A stretch of 63,139 nucleotides of DNA, filler included, from Aduncisulcus paluster (Eukaryota): assembly GCA_024181965.1 (NCBI GenBank). It is 30 parts of 30 records of this genome, joined end to end, with 100 filler letters (N's around TTAATTAATTAA, not from the genome) between each part and the next. Parts side by side here need not be neighbours in the genome. Positions count along the whole stretch, not along the records: positions 41,694 to 59,006 come from BQXS01002465.1; positions 59,107 to 61,413 come from BQXS01002484.1; positions 61,514 to 63,139 come from BQXS01002493.1; 27 more parts are not named here. One strand, written 5' to 3'. A program made the position numbers and the translations under genes. Positions 58,055 to 63,139 of this stretch are shown piece by piece (within the stretch, counting starts at the first letter, position 1; each line of letters begins with the position of its first letter). Under the pieces are notes generated by a model. The model was given only the letters and a program-made list of their open reading frames with translations. It was not told the origin of the DNA and did no database searches.

Positions 58055-59106
58055 GTGATTGAATTTCTTTTATTAATGACACGTAATTAATGTTAATTCT
58101 TATTTTTTTATTTATTCATGATTATAACTCAATGTCTCCACGTTTGTCTTGTGTTGTCTGCAATGTGTATACTATCTAAATACTAATTTACTAGGTTTAT
58201 TTGCATACTTGCACACAATTGTGTGTAATCCACAATAATATTGCAGTTCAAAAAAAGGTGTCTCATATCCTTGATTTTAACGTTAATCGTTTTGATTCGT
58301 GAAAAAACAATGATATTTTTTTGTAATTCAAATAAAACATGAATTATTCACGGGTTTATTCTTTCTGAGAAAGTTTCTCGATGTCTATTTATAGGGTAGA
58401 GTCATGTTTTGATGCCTTTCAGAAAGCCGCTTTCTCTAAAACAGTTTGAAAAAAAAAAAATGTTATGTAGTCTCTCATGAAGAAGGTTAGAGTTTTTCAA
58501 ACTTTGAAATTTAAGTTGGTTTTCGAATCATGACATTTTCCAAAAAAAAATTTCCATTTCATTGTGTGATGTTATATAACTTATATATTGATTCGGAATA
58601 TTACTAATATTAACAACACAACGTGTTGAGCACATCTGTGGTGACCCCACCTGAAACTTTTATCGCATATATATTTCTATAACAATAATTCTTTCTATTA
58701 TTATTTATTTGGATTATGTTTATTTATGATATTTATTTTATATTTTATTTGACATGATTCGACATGTAATTGATTCTCACGGAATCAATCCGATCTTCTT
58801 CAAACTAATAAACTTGCTTCCTTCTATAGTTGGTTTCCGGTGTTTCTTACTTTTATTAGTACTTAACACCACAATTTGATCAAATTTAAAGGAAATTTTT
58901 TTTACTGTAAAGTAATTATTGGCGGTTTTTATTCCTCGTGCATTGGTAGCATTTGAGAAGAATCTTTGGTGATTTAAATGGGTAAATCTGGAAAAACTAA
59001 GACGGCNNNNNNNNNNNNNNNNNNNNNNNNNNNNNNNNNNNNNNNNNNNNTTAATTAATTAANNNNNNNNNNNNNNNNNNNNNNNNNNNNNNNNNNNNNN
59101 NNNNNN

Positions 59107-59396
59107 CTATAAATATTCCATTTACAAATTTTCAAACAAAAGAGAGTGCTATATCTTCAATGGAGTATGATTTAGGTATTGAAGTAGATGATGATGGAAT
59201 ATTAGACTTTACTAATGCAAAAACTATAGTAGCTTATTGTAATGGATATTGGTGTGGACAAACACCTGCAATGTTAAAAAATGTTAAATATTCATTATTA
59301 AATATGGGGTATCCAGTATCTAAAATAAAATACTACAGAGGTGGTATGCAAGCATGGACATCACTTGGATTTACTGTAGTTGGAACAGAAAAATAG
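59107..59396 (+). CDS. Rhodanese-domain protein, 5'-partial
   Basis: YCNGYWCGQT, KIKYYRGGMQAW. Confidence 0.9.
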
Positions 59397-59423
59397 AAAT
59401 TAATATAAAAAATAGGAAATAAT

Positions 59424-61187
59424 ATGAGTAAAATGGGAAGAAGAGAATTTGTATATATGATGGCAATGCTAGGAGCCGCGCCTGTATTTGCAAACTCTCA
59501 TACACGAATGGTAGAGTCAGGTAAAGCAGATGATTACTACAANNNNNNNNNNNNNNNNNNNNNNNNNNNNNNNNNNNNNNNNNNNNNNNNNNNNNNNNNT
59601 CATTCAAATTTTGGAAAAGTACCACATATTGTTGGAGATAAACTTCTTGATCATTATGGAATTAAAGGTGATAAAAGACTTGAATATGCATTTTCATGTG
59701 TAAACTTTGAAAAACATGCAGAAGTTATGGGAAGAGTTGGTGGATTTGCACAACTTAAAACTGTTATAGATTATTTGAAAAATAATTTTGGAGCTGAAAA
59801 AACTTTATTGCTTGATGGTGGAGATACTTGGCAAGGAAGCTGGACATCTTTACAAACACGAGGTAAAGATATGGTTGGTGCTATGAATAAACTTGGTGTT
59901 GATGTAGCTGTTGGACACTGGGAATTTACATATAAAGCTGAAGAAGTTTTAGAAAATGTAAAACTTTTAGATGCAGAATTTTTAGCTCAAAATATTCTAG
60001 TAAAAGAAGATTCAATGATGGAAGGTGTAGAAGCTTATGATGAAGATACTGGTCATGCTTTTAAACCATATACAATAAAAGAGATGAATGGTAATCGTAT
60101 TGCTATTGTAGGACAAGCTTTCCCATATACAACTATAGCAAATCCACAAAGAAATATTCCTGATTGGTCATTTGGAATCAATGAAGACTCTATGCAAGAA
60201 TTAGTTGATGAGATTAGAGAAGATGAAAAACCTGATGCTCTTATTGTTTTATCTCATAATGGTTTTGATGTTGATAAAAAAATGGCTGAAGTTTGTACAG
60301 GAATCGATTTTATTATGGGTGGACATACTCATGATGGTGTACCTGAAGCAGTACCAGTTAAAAATGAATCAGGTACTACTTATGTTTGTAATGCGGGATC
60401 TAATGGTAAGTTTTTAAATGTACTTGATATAGAATGCAAAAATGGGAAAGTAGTTGATCATAGATTTACATTACTTCCTATCTTCTCAGATTTAGTTCCA
60501 GAAGACAAAGAGATGAAAAAATATATCGAAAGTGTAAGAAAACCGTATCTTTCAGATTTAAATAGAGTATTAGCTACAACTGATGAAACACTATTTAGAA
60601 GAGGGAACTTTAACGGTTCTTGGGATCAAATTATTTGTGATAGTTTAATTGAAGTAAAAGGTGCAGATATTTCACTATCTCCAGGTTTTAGATGGGGAAC
60701 AACTATTATGCCAGGTCAAGCTATAACATTTGATGATTTAGCAACACAAACAGCACTTACTTATCCTGAAACTTATGTAAATGAATTTACAGGGGCTCAG
60801 GTACATGCAACTTTAGAAGATGTTGCTGATAACTTATTTCATAAAGATCCATTTAGACAATCAGGTGGAGATATGGTAAGAACAGGTGGTATCTCTTATA
60901 GAATTAATCCTATGGAAGAACTTGGAAAAAGAATTACTAATATAGTTTTAACAAAAACAGGAAAACCACTTGAAGCAAATAAAAAGTATAAAGTAGCTGG
61001 TTGGTCTACAGTAAATACAGTTTCTCCAGGAAAACCAATTTGGGAAGTTACTGAAGAGTATTTAAAAAATATGAAACATATCAGTAATCTTAAAGTTGAT
61101 ACTCCAGATATGGTTGGAGTTAAAGGTAATCCAGGTATTGATGATAAATATAATAAACATCAATATAAACCAGTAAAAAGAGGCTAG
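59424..61187 (+). CDS. soxB: Thiosulfohydrolase SoxB
   Basis: Tat signal GRREF, LLDGGDTWQGS, GHWEFT, GQAFPY, LSHNG, GGHTHD, RRGNFNG, SPGFRWG, QSGGDMVR. Confidence 0.96.
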   Translation: MSKMGRREFVYMMAMLGAAPVFANSHTRMVESGKADDYYXXXXXXXXXXXXXXXXXXXXHSNFGKVPHIVGDKLLDHYGIKGDKRLEYAFSCVNFEKHAEVMGRVGGFAQLKTVIDYLKNNFGAEKTLLLDGGDTWQGSWTSLQTRGKDMVGAMNKLGVDVAVGHWEFTYKAEEVLENVKLLDAEFLAQNILVKEDSMMEGVEAYDEDTGHAFKPYTIKEMNGNRIAIVGQAFPYTTIANPQRNIPDWSFGINEDSMQELVDEIREDEKPDALIVLSHNGFDVDKKMAEVCTGIDFIMGGHTHDGVPEAVPVKNESGTTYVCNAGSNGKFLNVLDIECKNGKVVDHRFTLLPIFSDLVPEDKEMKKYIESVRKPYLSDLNRVLATTDETLFRRGNFNGSWDQIICDSLIEVKGADISLSPGFRWGTTIMPGQAITFDDLATQTALTYPETYVNEFTGAQVHATLEDVADNLFHKDPFRQSGGDMVRTGGISYRINPMEELGKRITNIVLTKTGKPLEANKKYKVAGWSTVNTVSPGKPIWEVTEEYLKNMKHISNLKVDTPDMVGVKGNPGIDDKYNKHQYKPVKRG

Positions 61188-61205
61188 ATTTTCTAGCCTT
61201 TTTTT
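61181..61205 (+). terminator. Rho-independent terminator overlapping the soxB stop
   Basis: AGGCTAGA-ttt-TCTAGCCT followed by T run. Confidence 0.8.
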
Positions 61206-61232
61206 ATAAATAAAATATTAAAAGGAAATTGA

Positions 61233-61413
61233 ATGATAAAATATAATTCAAAGTTACTTTTAGCTTCAGTATTTTTTGGGCTATTAACTACCAATCTTTA
61301 TAGTAAAGATATAGTAACAGAAGCACAGTGTAATACAAAAGGTGATGAGTTTATCTTTGCTGGAAATGAGTGTATTCAGTACTATGTATCTGAAGGTGAC
61401 ACAGAATCAGAGA
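61233..61413 (+). CDS. Exported hypothetical protein, 3'-partial
   Basis: Signal-peptide-like N-terminus, AAGGA RBS. Confidence 0.65.
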
Positions 61414-61514
61414 NNNNNNNNNNNNNNNNNNNNNNNNNNNNNNNNNNNNNNNNNNNNTTAATTAATTAANNNNNNNNNNNNNNNNNNNNNNNNNNNNNNN
61501 NNNNNNNNNNNNNT

Positions 61515-61784
61515 ATGTTTAATAGTTTACTCTCTCTTCTCTTCACTTTTACTGATTGTTATGGCAAGAAGACATACAAGAAGTATGAATTCTCAGAGCC
61601 TAAACATTACTATGAATGGCATTTCCTTCCTATTGATTTGGATATTGTTGTTTTGTGTGAGATTGAAGGAAAAAGAACATGGGGTGAACAGAGTAGCCGA
61701 AGATTTTGCATCTTCTCCCTTATTTTTACGAGACAAGAGGAAATTGAAATTATTGAGCGATTATCTCTGCTTCCATGGAAATAA
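61515..61784 (+). CDS. Eukaryotic hypothetical protein fragment (probable lineage-expanded domain)
   Basis: LLFTFTDCYGKKTYKKYEF..EWHFLPIDL..VVLCEIEGK; resembles, from memory, repetitive Aduncisulcus hypothetical proteins (unverified). Confidence 0.5.
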   Translation: MFNSLLSLLFTFTDCYGKKTYKKYEFSEPKHYYEWHFLPIDLDIVVLCEIEGKRTWGEQSSRRFCIFSLIFTRQEEIEIIERLSLLPWK

Positions 61785-62809
61785 TTCAACGATAAATTAT
61801 CCATTTTCTGTAGAACAAAAGAAATGACAACACCCTTTTATTCCTGCCATGTCTTCTTGAATAAGGTTATGACAAGTAACTTGTCATAGTATGACTCATC
61901 TTCGTCTCTGGATAACCATTGGTTATATTCATGACTGAAGAGTCTGTCTCTCCGTTAGTCAATGTACAATATCACATTGTGTCACAATGATTGTGAATAG
62001 CATTGTTGTTAGAATAACACGGCTGTTGCCAAAAGCAGACGTTTTTATTATTTTCTTTAAGGAGTATTATTATTGAATATTTAATATATATTTTATAATA
62101 CGATTTTAATTAATATATTTATTTCGATATTAGAATGTTTATTACTATCTTATTACCGAAGATCATATTTGAAAGTTTTTGTTTTTCTTTACAGACTATA
62201 TTTTACCTTTCTTCGCGCATTCTTTTATTCTCAAACTAGTAAATTTGCTCCACCATCATTATAAAGGTTATTAAACCAACAATAATATTATTGTTATGCC
62301 AAGCCCCACGACCAATATTACCTCATCTCGTGTTTAGGGTGGCTAGCAAATTTATTATCGAGAATTAGAGCCGGTACATGCCGGTAACTACCGGTTATAC
62401 ATCAACATCGAAAATACTGGAAACACTGTTGTGATGGTATTGGCTCTCCTTCAACCTCCAGAGGATCTTTTCAAAAGATTAATATTTATTACCATTGTAT
62501 ATATATAAAAATTCGACATAATTACGAGAGGATGCATTTGTCTGTCGTCGCAACATTCCGAAATTTCCAAAAGCGCCCAAATTGTCAAACTCGAGATCTG
62601 AAGAACTAATAATAAAGAGAAAGGATAATATTTTTATCCCATAACATGAAGAAACAGAAGCATATAAGATCAAAAAAAAATAAGAATATATCGTGAGAAG
62701 TGAATCCAATGGAGAGTGTAAGCTGAATACACGGACAATTGTTTAAATAAATAAAACCTGAAAATAATAGAAAGTGATAATTATAATATGAAATATCATT
62801 TAAATATCA

Positions 62810-63139
62810 CTAAATGTTGTCCCTATTGAACAGCAAGGCAGGTGTTTGACCCGAGGAATCAGTGAACACATGCATGATAGACAGAGAAACAATATCAACC
62901 ATGTCAAGGAAATCACTGGAACTAGATTCAGAAACATTCCAAGTAATGCACATGGCAAGAGAGAAAGTGAATGTAGCATTGACTTCTCCAGTCTCATCGT
63001 CTTCTTTGACAAGAACAAACACGTCACCAGTTCGGCAACTCCCTCCAAGTTGCTTAATAATCTCATTCTTCATGCCACTATCATCATCATACTTATCATC
63101 GGCAGGGATATACACCACAGGCATTCCAAGAGCACCCTT
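62810..63139 (-). CDS. Hypothetical protein, 5'-partial
   Basis: Open frame to the window end; no motif recognised. Confidence 0.45.
   Translation of the reverse strand, partial: KGALGMPVVYIPADDKYDDDSGMKNEIIKQLGGSCRTGDVFVLVKEDDETGEVNATFTFSLAMCITWNVSESSSSDFLDMVDIVSLSIMHVFTDSSGQTPALLFNRDNI

Noticed and set aside
41694-59006. Genome-wide alternative genetic code (TAR=Gln as in hexamitids, or UGA reassignment)
   Set aside because: Conserved genes end at TAA (GSK3, ferredoxin fusion) and TAG (eIF5). No in-frame TGA occurs inside the long ORFs and the 55845 ORF ends at TGA, so any UGA recoding is site-specific.
57675-59006. AT-rich non-coding tail with a long poly-T run as a possible RNA gene or element
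   Set aside because: Only low-complexity tracts seen; no tRNA, snRNA, terminal repeat or ORF that I can support.

Overview
This window is not one locus. It is a concatenation of 30 short contigs joined by an artificial N-TTAATTAATTAA-N spacer (29 copies, stop codons in all six frames), with many internal N gaps. The contigs come from a mixed community. (i) An anaerobic-type eukaryote supplies rDNA, Ty3/Gypsy fragments, and a 17-kb gene-dense contig at 41694-59006. That contig carries beta-tubulin, a flavodoxin-ferredoxin fusion, eIF5, WDR75, a PITH-domain protein, GSK3 and LRRC49, with short GTATGT-AG introns. I infer a free-living fornicate/Carpediemonas-like protist such as Aduncisulcus, but have not verified this. 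(ii) AT-rich Campylobacterota (Arcobacter/Sulfurimonas-like) supply trpB, rny, ilvC, dprA, trmA, ccoS, cysK, soxB and others. (iii) High-GC Mycobacterium supplies mmpL, PKS, yrbE, tad and mshA. (iv) Smaller fragments look like Bacteroidota and Alphaproteobacteria. The standout is a candidate new eukaryotic selenoprotein. The PITH-domain gene ends ...G-C-S-K-TGA-GGA-TAA, which reads as CxxU-G. A strong hairpin starts 7 nt after the UGA, and a GUGA-N12-AA-N25-GA SECIS-like stem-loop lies about 90 nt downstream in the 3'UTR.
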